Assembly (NCBI RefSeq): GCF_020745735.1
Contig: NC_083403.1
Coordinates: 134,620,526-134,684,525 of the forward strand
Direction: 5' to 3'
Length of the DNA stretch: 64,000 nt
From: Hemiscyllium ocellatum
Taxonomy: Eukaryota
Made by a program: the position numbers and the translations under genes. Positions 13,774 to 27,770 of this stretch are shown here, piece by piece (position 1 is the first letter of the stretch; the number at the start of each line of letters is the position of its first letter). The notes under the pieces were generated by a model. It did no database searches, had not been told where the DNA came from, and saw only the letters and a program-made list of their open reading frames with translations.

Positions 13774-14004
13774 AACCTGAGCTTCTAACATGAGAAGATT
13801 AGTGTACTGCAGCTACTGCATGGTTCTGGATGACCAGAGAAATCACCTGCCATAGACAAATAAGAATATTTCATAATAACCAACGTGTTTGTACAATAAC
13901 AGCGATTTATACTTATGTAGCACCTTTAACACAATAAAATATGCAAGACACCACTTTGTTAGAAAACAAAATTTGACACCGAACCACGTAAGCATATATC
14001 TAGA

Positions 14005-14350
14005 ATCATAGAATCCCTACAGTGTGGAAGCAGACCATTCAACCCACTGAGTGCAGACTGACCCTCCAAAGAGCATTCCACCCAGACCCACCCTCAATCC
14101 TATCCTTTTAACCCTGCATTCCCTATGGCTGTTCCATCTAACTTACACATTCCTGAACAATATGAGCAATTTAGCATGGCCAATCCACAAAACCTGCACA
14201 TTTTTGGTCTGTGGGAGGAAATCAGAGCACCTGGAGGAAATGCACACATACACAGGGAGAATGTGCAAACTCTACACAGACAGTCACCTGAGGGTGGAAT
14301 CAAACCCGGGTCCCTGGCGCTGTGAGGAAGCATTACTAACCAATGTTCCA
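14005..14350 (-). mobile_element. HE1-type V-SINE (older copy)
   Basis: Reverse complement of the V-domain and tRNA head. Confidence 0.8.
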
Positions 14351-14979
14351 TCCCTTATCTGATCCGATAATTGAAAGCTTGGCCAAATATAGGTTTTAGG
14401 AAGCATCTTAAATGAACAACTGTAGAGACAGAGCAAGCTGACGTTTTGAAGCTAGGTAATAAAGAGTTATCTAAACTCAAAACTTTAGCTTGCTCTCTCT
14501 GTCTATGGATGTTGCGTGACCCACTGTGATTTTTAGCATTTTTTGTTTTCAGTACAGATTCCAACCGTAATTTGGTCCTACCTTAATTTAACAAAATGGG
14601 GCAAAAAGATGTAGGGAGAATACTCAAGGGTTTCAGGCCTAGAGGTATGGCTACCAACAGTTGAGTGATTAAAATTGGGTATGTTCAAGAGGTCAGAGTT
14701 AGATAACTGCAAATATCTTGGAGGGTTGTGGTCTGAAGGATGTTAAAGGAATAAGGAGAGGTAAGAAAATAGGATGAGAATTTTACAACAAAGACATTGC
14801 ATGAATGTACAACAATTTTTATGTTGGTTTATTTTGGATAGAATGAGGAGACCAGTTAGATTGTTTTGGAATAGATAGATAACAAAAGGAATTTAGTATC
14901 AGAAGAGAAGACGTTTTAGAATTTTATGGCGTTGAAGTAGCTTGTCTTCGTGATAGTATGAATATGCATGGCCAAGTAT

Positions 14980-15855
14980 GACTGCGTGACCAAATTCCAC
15001 CCCATCTTCATTTCCAAGTTTGCTGGTAACATCACAATTGTAGGTTGGACCTCAACAATGAGACAGTATACAGGAAAGCAATTGGTCGTTTAATGACATG
15101 GTGTAAAGACAACAATCTCTCCATCAACATCAGCAAAACGAAGGAGCTGCTCATTTACTTCAGGAAGCAGACTGGATGGCACACTCCTGTCTACATCAAT
15201 GATACTGAGATGGAATTGGTCGAGAGGGTCAGGTTCCCGGGAGTGTTGGCCATCAACAATCTGTCCAGAACAACCCATGTCAACGCAATGGTCAAGAAAG
15301 CACAACAACGCCTCTACTTCCTCAGGAGCCTAAGGAAATTTGGCATGCCCACAAGGGCTCTTTTTAATAGATGCAACATGAAAAGCATCTTATCTGGATG
15401 CATCACAGATTGGTATGGCAACTGATCTTCCCAAGACTGCAAGAAACTACAGAGAGTCGTGAGCACAACCCAGTCCATCACACAAATAAATCAGCACCCC
15501 ATCCATTGACTCCATCTATACTTTCTGCTGCATCAAACCAACATAATCAAAGACCCCTCCCACACTGGTTTTACTCTTCTCCACCCTCTTCCATTAGGCA
15601 GAAGTTATAAAAGTTTGAATAGGTACAAACAGATTCAAGAATAATTTCTTCCGCGCCATTATCAGACTTTTGAACGGACCTCTCAAATATTCATTCTGAT
15701 CTCTCTCTATCTCTCTCTCTCTGCACCTGCTTTGCGACTGTAACACTATATTCTGCACTGTATTCTGCTACCTTGATGCACTTTGTATGGTACAATCTAT
15801 CAGTAAAGTATGCTAGACAACACTTTTCACTTTATCTCGGTACATGTGACAACAA
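14980..15855 (+). mobile_element. Rex1/Babar-like non-LTR RT 3' fragment
   Basis: WCKDNNLSINISKTKELLI.FRK; KKAQQRLYFLRSLRKF. Confidence 0.7.
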
Positions 15856-16167
15856 TATATCATACATGTGGTCAAAAATTTATCACATGGTCAAGTAGGC
15901 ACCAAAACTGCAAACGTTCTGTTACAATCTCAGAGAGTTGCCAGGAAGAGGAATAAAGCCATTTTCTAGGAACTGAGTTTGAAGTGGAGACTAAAAAATA
16001 ATAATTTCAATCTTTCCAATATTTAACTGGAGGAAATTTTCACCCATCCAGTCGTGGATTTTAGGTAATTTGGCAATTACGGAGTAATTGAGAAAGGTGA
16101 TGTTGAGGTTGAGTCAGATATCGTTGGTGTTTGGGTTAAAACTGAGACTGTGCCTTTGGTGATAATT

Positions 16168-16415
16168 AGGCAAAGGTGAGGACTGCAGATGCGGGAGATT
16201 AGAGTCAAGATTAGAGTGGTGCTGGAAAAGCACAGCAGATGAGGCAGGGAGCCTCCAGGTGGAGAGATAAATGAGAGACCCTCCCATTTGTCTCTCCACC
16301 CCGGAGGCTCCCTGCATCCATTCCTGATGAAGGGCTTTTGTCCGAAATGTCGATTTTCCTGCTCCTCAGATGCTGCCTGATCTGCTGTGCTTTTTCAGCA
16401 CCACTCTAATCTTGA
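16168..16415. mobile_element. Palindromic Penelope-derived element with hammerhead core (~16320-16355), TSD ctttggtgataatt
   Basis: Inverted arms; TSD 16154-16167 / 16416-16429. Confidence 0.8.
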
Positions 16416-17069
16416 CTTTGGTGATAATTGCTGAGGGGCAGCAGATAGAAGAGATAATGGGAGTGGTGGAGAGAGGCAACAATTGGTCCTTAGGGTACAC
16501 CAGAGCTTACGATGTAAGAGCAGGAAGAGAAGACAGAAGATACTTTACAAATGATATTCTGATAGGAGTGAGATGGATATGAATGGAACCAGGTGAGACC
16601 AGTCCCATCCTGCTCGACAACATAGTTGGGGGAGGATGCATGGTCAAACCTATCAAAGGTTGCATCTTAGTCGAGAATGAGAAAAGAAAATGTAGCTTTG
16701 TTACTTTGAGAAGGTGTGTGCTATATACTATGGCAGAGATGGAATTCTGATTTGAGTGTATTCAGGAAAGACAGAGTCAAAACCCATTTCAGTCAAAAGG
16801 AATGAAGTATTATTATGAGTTATCATGTTTCGATAAATAGGTCATAAATAGAGGGAGAAAACATTTGCAAACTGACTATACTAAATAGACACAATAGTGA
16901 GATCAGGCTATATCATTCTGTAATAATAAGCAGTTAAAGAAAGTCAGGGAAGCAGTTGCAGATGTTTACTCTTTAAGGACAAAGCTGGGGGAATATGTTC
17001 ACTCAAGTTAAGTGACAAATATCAGAAGGGAAAGGACAAACGGAAGATGGACAACAATGAGAGAGAGAA

Positions 17070-18090
17070 GTTAGGTCAGAGCACCTGCCCAACTCTGAAC
17101 AAAAATGAACACAAATAAATGACTCTGAGTGCATGAAATCCTCATGCTGTAGGGATTGTGTCTTTTTAATTTGTGTGTTAAAAAACTGTAGACTGAAATG
17201 AGAAAGAGCTGCTTTAGATAGGACCAGTGTTTGAGAGGGTAGGTGCAGTTGTGCAAAACAAGCAACTTGACACAGATGGCAGGCATCATAAACAACAGAA
17301 TAGGCTGCAATTGGAATACAGTTGCAGACAATTTTGAAGTTGACGGGGTGTACAGTTGTAGCTTTTATTTTGGCCCCAAGAATTTGATTGAATTATGGAC
17401 TAGTGACCAGAAATCAATGGCAAATCTTTTATCACCTGCCAACAACTGCATGATTGCTTCTCAGGTTGTTTGAGCTGGAAGCTAGTTAGAGAGAGAAAGA
17501 AGTATTCAGTTCTTCTGGGAGCAATGTCTTTATTCTCTACAGAAAAAAAACTCAATGTAAACACGAAGTAAACTAGCTAGTCTTTCCTGCCACAGATGTT
17601 GTCAGTTGCGACTTTTAAATAATATGTCAGAGACTTTTTATAAGGGAACCTTGTGTCACTTACCAATGAGTAGAAGTAACAGAGAAAGACAATCAATGGA
17701 ACATCCTGGGCAGGTGTAAAGCCATAGGGATAATCTCAATAACAGATCCTGGGAACAAAAAATACTGAACTATTTTTTTCTTCCGTCCATAACCTATTTT
17801 CTCTTTGTCTATCTCTATGTAAGAGGGAGTTTTTAAGGGGATTAGAGTTTACCTAGTAGCATTATATGCTGACACTTTATAGCTGTTTACTTGTAGCCAG
17901 AGTCTAATTACTTGTAGTAAATTATGATTCTTATTTAATATGAAAACCTGATCCATGCTTTCTGGCAACCTGTGTCTGAAAGTTAGGTAAATCTGGGAAG
18001 TTTGCACACTGTACCAAACCTTTAACTTTGGAGATGACTTCAGGAATGGTGGGGCTTGATTTCCAGCAAGTTACCCCAGTGAGTTTTAAC
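17070..18090 (+). mobile_element. Possible degenerate LTR-like element ending ...TTTTAACA
   Basis: LTR-like composition and 3' end; no TSD confirmed, left boundary approximate. Confidence 0.3.
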
Positions 18091-19781
18091 AAGGCACTTT
18101 ACAAAGTTTCTTGAAGCAACAAGTGGCAACCCTGACAGCTCAGGCATCCTAATGCATAAGAGACATGACCAGATAAAATGTGCAAGTTTTTGATTTTCAT
18201 TACCAAGCAAAGCTTTCTTAATCATTAAACTAAGTAATTCCTCTGCTCATTGCACTCCGATAATAGTCCTTAAAAATGTGGCAGCATTTTAATCGACACC
18301 ATTACTAAAAAAAAAACTGTCAAAGCTTGATACTAGTACCTTGTCATGTGCACTTTGACAACAAGCTAAGTCAACAATATTTACTTCAATCTTTATCTAG
18401 CAACCAAGATATCAGATATCATCCAAGAATGAAGTATCTGTTTGTTTTATCAGCTTGAGGCTCCATGGCTGAGGCTTCTTTTCTACTTTGGATCATCATA
18501 CAATTTAGCAACAGTCAAATCTGACTTTTGTGATAGCTGATAAGGATATCTTGTAAAATAATAACTGTAATCTAAATCCAGTTCTTATATCAGCTCTTGA
18601 AATAAAACACTATGATTGTCAACATGTTTATCTTTAAATCCAAAGGTCTTGAGTTCAACTCCGCTTCAGGGCTTGAGCATAAAGTCTAATGTCATGTTCC
18701 AGTTTTAATACAAAACAAATTTTTATTTCCAATGGTTTTGTCTTTCAGGTGAAACACTGGATACCCTATGAGCTCTGTGATTGACTTACATAATCTCTTG
18801 GCACTGTTCAAAAAACTAACAAGAGTTCTCTGAGTGTTGTGACCAATAGTTAGCCCTCAGATAACAAGGATCAATCCAGACAATCAGATCATTTATCACA
18901 TTGTTTTGCATGCATTGATTGCTGAAATTGTGAGCAAACCAATGGCAACCACCATTCAAGTGTAATTGGCTGTAAAGCACATCAGAATGTGCTGAGAATG
19001 CATAAGGAACTCCATAAATTCAAGGTGTTTCCTGCCCTGGCTAGACCTGAGTGTCAGAATTCACATCTAACTAAAATTGAGTGGATTATCTGAGTAAGTG
19101 GAAAGATTTCCAATTGCCCGTTACATATTGTGAAATTAAACAATTATTTTGCATATGTTTATGACTTCATGATGGTTGACTGTAGATCCTAATGATAACT
19201 GGAAAATACAATCCCAGTAAAGCAGAAGTTCTTTGAAGATTGCTGTAATTGATTGGAATGTTATTGCAGTGGTGACTATTCCAATGCAAGACCAGAAATG
19301 ATCAGGGCGTCAACTCAGAAACAGGATGTCTGGCCACACACAATCATTAAGGTGCCAGAAAATTAGCAATGTACAATTGAGGAACCAGGTCAATTGCAGG
19401 AACCAGCAGGAAATTGCTGACCTCACATTTACCTAATAGTGGCCAACATTCTGGGCTCTGTAATAAATCTTAACCATAAGTCCTCCACTCCCTGCAAGCC
19501 AGCAACGTTATTCTGCCTGTCGGGGAAGGATTTAGAACCCAAACTGTTTCCCTCACTTCTATACTTGGCTCTCTTGAGTAGAAAGCCATCACCCTCCACC
19601 CTCACTCAATTACCTTTGCCCTTCCCTCCATCATCCTTGACACTCCCTCTATCACCCTTGACCTTTCCTTGCTTACTACATAAGTTTTCATGAAAGTTAG
19701 TTCTTCTTTTGAGTCACAAATGTCTATTTGTGGGAAAATCATTTCTGACATATGAACTGTACAGTAACCTGAACTTGGTCA

Positions 19782-19875
19782 ATTCCTGATGAAGGGCTCT
19801 GGCCCGAAATGTCAAATTTCCTGTTCCTTGGATGCTGCCTAACCTGCTGTGCTTTAACCAGCAGCACACTTTCAA
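19782..19875 (+). mobile_element. Short Penelope-derived fragment with hammerhead core
   Basis: attcctgatgaagggctctggcccgaaatgtc. Confidence 0.7.
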
Positions 19876-20128
19876 TTCATTCTTTGTCCTACAATCTAGG
19901 TGCATTCATGTGTAACACTGACAAATATTCTATCTTGTCTCCAGCTCTTTAAAGGTACTTTGTGCCTCTTTTAAAAAAGCTGCCCTGCAGGAGGGATGGG
20001 TTCCATCATAAAGTTATGTTGGGAAACTGCAGATAAAGAGGAATGGAGCACCAGGAACGGGAAAGGCCTGCAAGAATCAATGAGACTACACAGGAAGCAT
20101 TAGTCAAGATATGAACTGCAGGAGATTA

Positions 20129-20347
20129 TAGGCAAAAGTGAGGCCTGCAGATGCTGGAGATCAGAGTCCAGATTAGAGTGGTGCTGGAAAAGCACAGTAA
20201 ATCAGGCAGCAACCGAGGAGCTGTAAAATCAACGTTTTGGGCAAAAGCCCTTCATTCCTGATGAAGGGCTTTTGCCCAAAACATTGTTTTCCTACTCTTC
20301 CGATGCTGCCTGACCTGCTGTGCTTTTCCAGCACCACTCTAATCTGG
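20129..20347. mobile_element. Palindromic Penelope-derived element (two hammerhead halves back to back), TSD actgcaggagatta
   Basis: Inverted arms centred near 20255; TSD 20115-20128 / 20348-20361. Confidence 0.85.
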
Positions 20348-21402
20348 ACTGCAGGAGATTACCCCTACTTTTTTTTTCACTAGGGTAAAGGGCTAATGCT
20401 CAAATCTGTAACTAGCCAGCCTGTATCAGTAGTGCTATAAGAGATCACTTGACAGTAGAATTTGGAGAGACATGATTCTGTGTGCAGGCTCCAATAGTGT
20501 AAATAGTTAGCAGAATATTAAAGACTGAGGTTATCTTGACAACAGCCTAAGCTCTGCAGTTTCTCTAAATCTTGCTAAGGACCCAACCTCTTCCAGGACA
20601 CACCATTGTGATAACAGAGCTCAGGGCACAAGCAAGTCTCAAGGACGTGGCAACAAGTGCTTAAGGATGGAGTGCTGGTCAATACTCGGAGATGAACCAT
20701 GAGAAGGTGGCCACAATAACTCGAGAAGTCTAATGATCTCACGTACATGGCAAAGCACAGTGAATGAATCTTCACATCACAGTTCAGATTCAACAGGCCA
20801 CCACCTCTTCATAGTGCTTGGACACCACACCCAAATAAAGCACCTAAAAGCACTCACTCGGATTCAGGACTCACACCTACCATTCACAAGCTCCTTCTCA
20901 TCCACACCTACACATCTTCAGATGATGCCCACCTCATGCCCGCCTCCTGCTGCCTCCACGTACCTCCTGCTCTGCAGCATTATAGGCACGAACACCACAG
21001 AATAGAGTGCCACATAGATATTTTCATTATGAATTCTCCCTTGCAGGTGAAGGCTGCAACTGTCAGGAGGGAGACCTAGAGGACTGAATATGAGTGGCAA
21101 GGTGAAGGGGGAAGGAGTGGGGGTGGGCTTGTTGCATTGAGTAATACTGAGGTCATCAATGATAACCATACAACACTGCCTTTCTCCTCTTCATCTTGAG
21201 ATGGGGACTAATTGAAAACTGCAATGTGGACCTCAGGCTATTATGCTTATTCAAGCCAATACTCCTCAACTCTTCTGTTAAGGTTTTCAGATTCCTTCAA
21301 GCCTTTTGCCACATTTACAGGAGAAAGAGGAAAACCACCTCAGGCTGTAATGGAGCAGCCCCAATGGATGTAAGGTTGGGCATTGGTGAGTCCATGTTGA
21401 CC

Positions 21403-21960
21403 AGAGTCATGGAGACGTACAGCACAGAAACAGACCCTTCGGTCCAACCTGTCCAAACCGACCAGATATCCCAACCAATCTAGTCTCACCTGCCACACCT
21501 GGCCCATATCCCTCCAAACCCTTCCTATTCATATACCCATCCAGATGCTTTTTAAATGTTGCAATTGTACTAGCCTCCACCACTTCCCCTGGCAGCTCAT
21601 TCCATACACGTACCAACCATTGTGTCAAAAAGTTGCCCCTCTCACCCTAAACCTATTCCCTCTAGTTCTGGTCTCCCCCACCCCAGAGAAAAGACTTTGT
21701 CTCTTTATCCTATCCATGTCCCTCACGATTTTATAAACCTCCATAAGGTCACCCCTCAGCCTCCGACGCTCCAGGGAAAACAGCTCTAGCTTATTCAACC
21801 TCTCCCTATAGCTCGAATCCTCCAACCCAGGCAACATCCTTGTAAATCTTTTCTGAATCCTTTTAAGTTTCACAACATCTTTCCGATAGGAAGGAGACCA
21901 GAATTGTATGCAATATTCCAACATCGGCCTAACCATTGTCCTGAACAGCCGCAACATAAG
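21403..21960 (-). mobile_element. CR1 3' fragment
   Basis: RPMLEYCIQFWSPSYRKD...RLRGDLMEVYKI. Confidence 0.85.
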
Positions 21961-24699
21961 TTGTATGACAGGAAACAGCTTGATAACTTGTCCTACAATA
22001 GCCTGTCCACTTATTAGAGCTCGGTGCTGCTGCTGCTTCTCCTCCTCTTTCACAGAGCTTCTCTCCATTGCATCATCTGTCCTATTTCTATATGCTTTCA
22101 GAAGACCTGGGCATGGCAGGCAAGACCCAGCATTTTCTGCCCACCCGTACTTCCCTGAACTGAGCAATTTACTAGTCCATGTCAGCGATGGCTCACAGCC
22201 AACCACATTGCTGTGGATCTGAAGTTATAGGTAGGCCAGACCAGTTAAAGATGGCAGATTTCCTCTTACAGGACGTTAGATAGACAAATAGATCTTTACA
22301 AGAATCAACTACAATTTTCTGGGCATTATTCACTCTTAATGAATTTTAATAATTTCAAATTTCACCAGCTACCATGGTGGGATTTGATATCCTATCACCA
22401 GAGTATTGCCATTAATCTCTGGACTACTACATGAATGACATTGGCACTACATCACCATCTCCATAGTGACTCGTGATATTGCAGATCAAGGAGTACAGCT
22501 CCCACACCTGGGTTACCTCCTTTGCTAACACATTGACTGTAAGTACCAGCTCTCAAACATTAACTCCAAAGCACTCCAGAGTACTTTGAAATATTTTGCA
22601 ACTGCGGTAGTTATTCAAAATCACCTTTCCAGCAACAGTAGTTGGGTATCCAGCTCTTTTAATAATACTCAGTCACTCTTGCAAGTGATTACATGGTTTC
22701 TGGTGAGCGATATACAAATTTTTTTAAATGGTCTGTTTGGGTGTGTGACATTGGGTGAGGACCTGTTCAGGTGCTTTTGACTCACGCAGGGGATCCTTCT
22801 CAGGCAGTCAGTCACCCAGCACAAACACAGCATCCTGAACCAAAAGCAGATAGTGGAACAGCACCCAAACACAGGATAATAATCAGCTTCCACAGTAACA
22901 CCTTATTTGATGTTTTAGGTGCACTCTTGACATGCCTATCTCATAGTTCTAGGTTTCCTATTAGCTTGGGTGTTAACCAGTGCTTTTCTGCATTTTGACA
23001 CTTTTAGAAAATAGTTTTAATACTAAAACTGCGTTAACACGTTCTTATCCTGAACAAGCTTTGACTTTGTTTCATAAATAATTTGTCTTCTCCTATGTAG
23101 GCATTAGCAACATGCAGTAAACCACTGCTCCAAAGATGCCAGCACTGGAGACCTTCAGATCCCGCTCCACCTCTGAGGAGGAAGCCATTCAATCCTCAGA
23201 GGATGCACTGTCAAGGATTTCACTTTCACTCCTCTACCAGTTTAGAGACTTTCACCTCGGTGCCTTCCCAATCTAGACGAGACTCAGGGCCACAGTCTGG
23301 TGAGCACATCACTGGTACATTTCTGTAGCTGGCCAAGGAACAATCACCTCAGCTCTCTGACTCTCTGAGGACAGGTGGAGGCCAGATACTTGCTCAAGTC
23401 CAGGCACAAGATGATCTCATTGTCTCAAATAATATTAACTTTGTGAAAATCCATATATTTGGACAGGAGCAGCAGACAGGTGTGTATGGCAGCTGGATCA
23501 AAGGATGGAGGAGTCCACCAATGATTACGATCAATGTGATCATAAGCCACTAGTGAGCTACAGCTACTGGGCAGACCTTCATGTTAGGAATTTGCACTGT
23601 CTAGTTTCAAAAGAGGAGAATTTGAAGTGAGGTGAGTTGGGTTAATAACAAGATGCAAATATATGGAAATACATCATTGCCACCAGGGATTGGAACAGAA
23701 ATCATGGGCCCCAGTGTTTCTACTTGCCCAGGGTTCAGGTCCTCGGTCCTCGTCTACCCCAAACCAAGAACAGAGGTTCTATCCATAGCCTGATCAGAGT
23801 GGCTCCAACCCCAACCAGAGAACAACAGGTTTGCTAGACACCTAGGTCTCAGTTAGTGTGCCCTGATGTAAACCCCATCATAGCTCCTGCCACCATTTAA
23901 TAGTAAGATTCCAAAGTCACCCATAAAACTGAAGGGGAAAGTTGGGAAATGATTGCTTAATGTCGAAATTCCCAGGTTTTCATTCTCATTTTATGTTACC
24001 ACCCCCAACTTTCACACACCACACCAGGAAGAGAAAAGTTCTGCCCTTGGAGTTGCCATTTTGAATTATATTCACAAAATGGAAAACAGAAAACGGATAG
24101 AGTAATTTGCTGTCCCCAAACCATCAATGCCCAACAAATGCAACTATTCAGACTTATCACCAAAACTGGCCAATATATTGACATGATCTTCCTCCTAGTT
24201 ATTTCTCTTAGGATGGGTATCACTGACCAGGAAGCTCTTGCAACCATGCAATCTAAACGACTTAGACTTCCATGTCACATGGCATCCATGCAAGGCAGGC
24301 TTATATTTGATACTTATTATTTATAATGCATGTTATATTGAATATTGAGGAACCAGAACATGGGAGTTTTACATTACAATTAGAGCTAGGCCATTCATAG
24401 GTGATGCTTGAAAGTACATCTTTACACAGCGAAAAAAGGATATTAATAACTCTCTACCTCAAATGCTGCCAAGGTCAATTCAAATTAAAATATCAAACTG
24501 AGATTGATAGATTTTGTTAGGCTAAATTACTGAGGATTGCGGGACAAAGGTAGGTAGTTAGTAGAAAATTGGAGTCAGTCATGATCCAATTGAGTTATAG
24601 AATGTTGAATGTTGATCGAATGGCCTTTTTATCTTCCTGTCTTTCTAAAAGTCATACTTGTAACACAATGCTCCGATTGGTGAAAGCACCAAGATTATT

Positions 24700-25280
24700 A
24701 TTTAATGTCATTTTCATGTCATTATCCAATACAGGCTCATCTGCTGTTGAAACTTCTGGCTTTGTTACCTCTAAGCTTGACAATTCTAATACACTCCTGG
24801 TTGACATCCCATTTTCCACTCTCTGCAAATTTGAGACCATCCTAAGCTTTGCTGCTCATGTCCTAACTTGCATCAATCTGGTTCATTTATTTCATCTCTG
24901 GTTATTAGTTGACCTAGGCACCTGATTAAACAATGGCGTCATTTTAAAATTCTCATTCTTGTTTTTGACTTCCTCCATGACCTCCTCACTCTGCCCTATC
25001 TCTAGATCTAGAAAAGATAACACAATTCTTCAAGATGCCTACGTTTTTCTAATCCGACCTCTTCCCTAATTTTAAGCATATCACCTTAACTGAGTATACC
25101 TTCAACTGCAAAGACTCGTGCTTACTAATTACTCCCTAAACGTCTCTGCCCATCCATCGCTCTTTCGTTCTTTAAAACAGCCATTGAAATAACTCTTTGC
25201 TGTCTGAATTTCTTTTTTATTTAGTTTAGTGTCAATTTTTGTTTGACAATGTTTCTGTAAAAATCCATGAAATACTTTAA
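24700..25280 (+). mobile_element. Old L2-like LINE 3' fragment
   Basis: FVTSKLDNSNTLL resembles L2 FVTSRLDYxNxLL. Confidence 0.55.
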
Positions 25281-25376
25281 AATAATGAATAGATACAAGC
25301 TGCAGCTGTTGATATTAATAGTCTATTGATAAGCAGTACTAATAAGTATAAAAAAGGTAGCCAAGTGTACACCCAC

Positions 25377-25523
25377 CTCTGCATTTGCCATTTACAGTAT
25401 GATCCTCATTCCCAGGATTGCTCTTCATATGAACCCAGTCAACATCTTCATTTTCACCCTGAATCATGCCACAGATATTAATGAACTCAAAGGAGCATTG
25501 GTCCAACAACGTGAGAGTGGAAC
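25377..25523 (-). CDS. MEP1A: Meprin A alpha exon 9, start of MAM domain (STLTLLDQCSFEFINICGMIQGENEDVDWVH...KCR)
   Basis: 147 nt, cag|...|gtgggt; CxFExxNICGMIQ motif. Confidence 0.93.
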
Positions 25524-25632
25524 CTGAGAAAAAGATACATGAGAAAATAGATTTAATGAACTATTCTTTAAGTGTTGAACTCTCTGTAGAGTCCTATTTC
25601 TATTCTAAGTAAACACTGAAAATTGAACTTAC

Positions 25633-25854
25633 TGCAGTTATACATGCGATTGAGCCTTAGCAAATCAATGGCACTGAAGTCCAATCGCTGTCCAATTATT
25701 TCATTAAATGCTGGTATTTTTGCAGTGATAGTAGGAAAACTATCATTTTTGTTGAAAGAGAATGGTGCATAATGCATCAAAGATTCATAATCATATGGAG
25801 TATTCAGGTCCGTAATATAATTATCATCATATACCACAAAGTTATGCTCCATAC
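25633..25854 (-). CDS. MEP1A: Meprin A alpha exon 8, Met-turn SLMHY
   Basis: 222 nt; [16 protein letters not shown]...[22 protein letters not shown]. Confidence 0.97.
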
Positions 25855-26109
25855 CTGCATAGAAATGAACATTTCTTTATTAACTTTTAGACACACCGTA
25901 TCAAATATTGAGTTATTGCATCAATAATTCTGGATTCCTATCTTCTTTCACAACTTGTGGCCATTTCAAGTCCAACAAAGTTGGGAAGAGTTCAACTGAG
26001 TTCAAAAAAATCCTATGATTTTAATCAGTGCAAATTCGCTAATTAGATGAACAATGGCAGGTACTCATAAATCTCCCAGACGCCTGTTCAAAATTAAATT
26101 CTGTTTATC

Positions 26110-26645
26110 ATAGAGTCGTAAAGTCATAGATATATACAGCATTGAAACAGACCCTTCAGTCCAACTCGTCCATGCCGACCAGATATCCCAAATTAATCTA
26201 GTCCCATTTACCAGCATTTGGCCCATATTCTTCTAAACCCTTCCTATACATATATCCATCCAGATGCCTTTTAAATAATAATTGTACCAGCCTCCACCAC
26301 CTCCTCTGATAGCTCATTCCACACGTACTACCCACTGCCTGAAAAATTTGCCCTTTAGGTCTCTTTTAAATCTTTCCCCTCTCACCTTAAACCTATGTCT
26401 TCTAGTTCTGGACTCCCCCACCCCAGGGAAAAGGCATTGGCTTTCACCTGATCCATGCCCCTCATGATTTTATCAACTTCTATAAGGTCACCACTCAGTC
26501 TCCAATGTTCCAGAGAAAATAGCCCCAGCCTACTCAGCATCCCCTTTGCTTAAATCCTCCAACCCTGGCAACATCCTTGTAAACCTTTTCTGAATCCCTT
26601 CAAATTTCACAACGTCTTTCCTCTAGCAGGGAGACCAGAATTGAA
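26110..26645 (-). mobile_element. CR1 3' fragment
   Basis: Same family as 21403-21960. Confidence 0.8.
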
Positions 26646-27594
26646 TGTAATCCATGTGTTAAACAGTCTATTTTGAACTCTTTCAAAAGATGAGATGGAA
26701 AAATGTTTAAGATAGTAAAATTACATTGCATGTTTTTTGTGGCTCTATTAAGTGTAATGCCTCATGAACGATATTGTGGACTCTCACCTTTAAACCTGAA
26801 TTTGAGAAGATTCAAAGCTTGATTCAAGACTTATAATCTAGATATATTTATAGATTATCAGGCTAGACTATCTAGACTGTTGAGATGAACAGTCTAAATG
26901 CAATATTTAACATGCTAATACTTTTTTATACCCGCAAATTTTTTTACGGCAATGCAGATATTTATCATACAACAAAATATTATTTTTCAGCAATAATTAA
27001 TTAAATTATACTTCATTCAATAGGATATACATTTTTCAAGGGATTTCACAGTAAGGTTATTAACATAAAAGATGTATTCTCATCAGATCAGTGAGTCTAA
27101 ATGAATGTAACAAAGGAGTAGATCAATACTCTACTGACGTGGGAGCAAACAAAATCCCTAAAACAACTTCTGACATTGTCTGTTTAACTGTATGGACTCC
27201 AGAAGTTGCTGGAAGCTTCAAAGGCATAATGATGTCACTGACAGTTTTAACATCATTACTATGATAAAATCTAGGCCAATATGTTTTCAGTGACATGTGT
27301 TTTGCATTGTGACTGTAGTAAGTAGTTCCATTTAATTTCAGCCCACCACAGAGAAGATTTGTACTTAGTCTGGCAACTGGTTACTGCCAATTGCCACTTT
27401 GGTCTGTTTGCTTGAATCTCCTTTACAGCAAATTCTGTGCAGAGGTTCCAAACTACATTTTCTTTATTCTCAAAGGTGAGAAACTTTTAGCACATTGTAT
27501 TTTTTTAAAATGAGTGGCTGCATAGCTAAGGTCTTTACTTTCAGATGGTGCTGACGTCCCTATAATTGAAAAGAATGAAAATTTGAAATCCGAC

Positions 27595-27770
27595 CTGGAA
27601 TAATTTCATCCCACCAAATGTTAACATAGTCATCCCGGTCTGTCCTTGATTGTTCATGGTAGAATCCTAATGCATGTAGGAGTTCGTGCTCAACAATAGC
27701 TTTATAGTCACATCGTTCACCAATGGATACAGTTTGGCCACTGTGCAAGTCACCAACAGAAGACCAGCAC
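27595..27770 (-). CDS. MEP1A: Meprin A alpha exon 7, zinc-binding site [21 protein letters not shown]
   Basis: 176 nt; metzincin HExxHxxGxxH motif; alpha-type residues ([18 protein letters not shown]). Confidence 0.97.

Noticed and set aside
20400-24000. Possible decayed Harbinger-associated Myb/SANT element (also 36400-37450)
   Set aside because: Only faint motif resemblance (RTWQQ); no termini or TSD found
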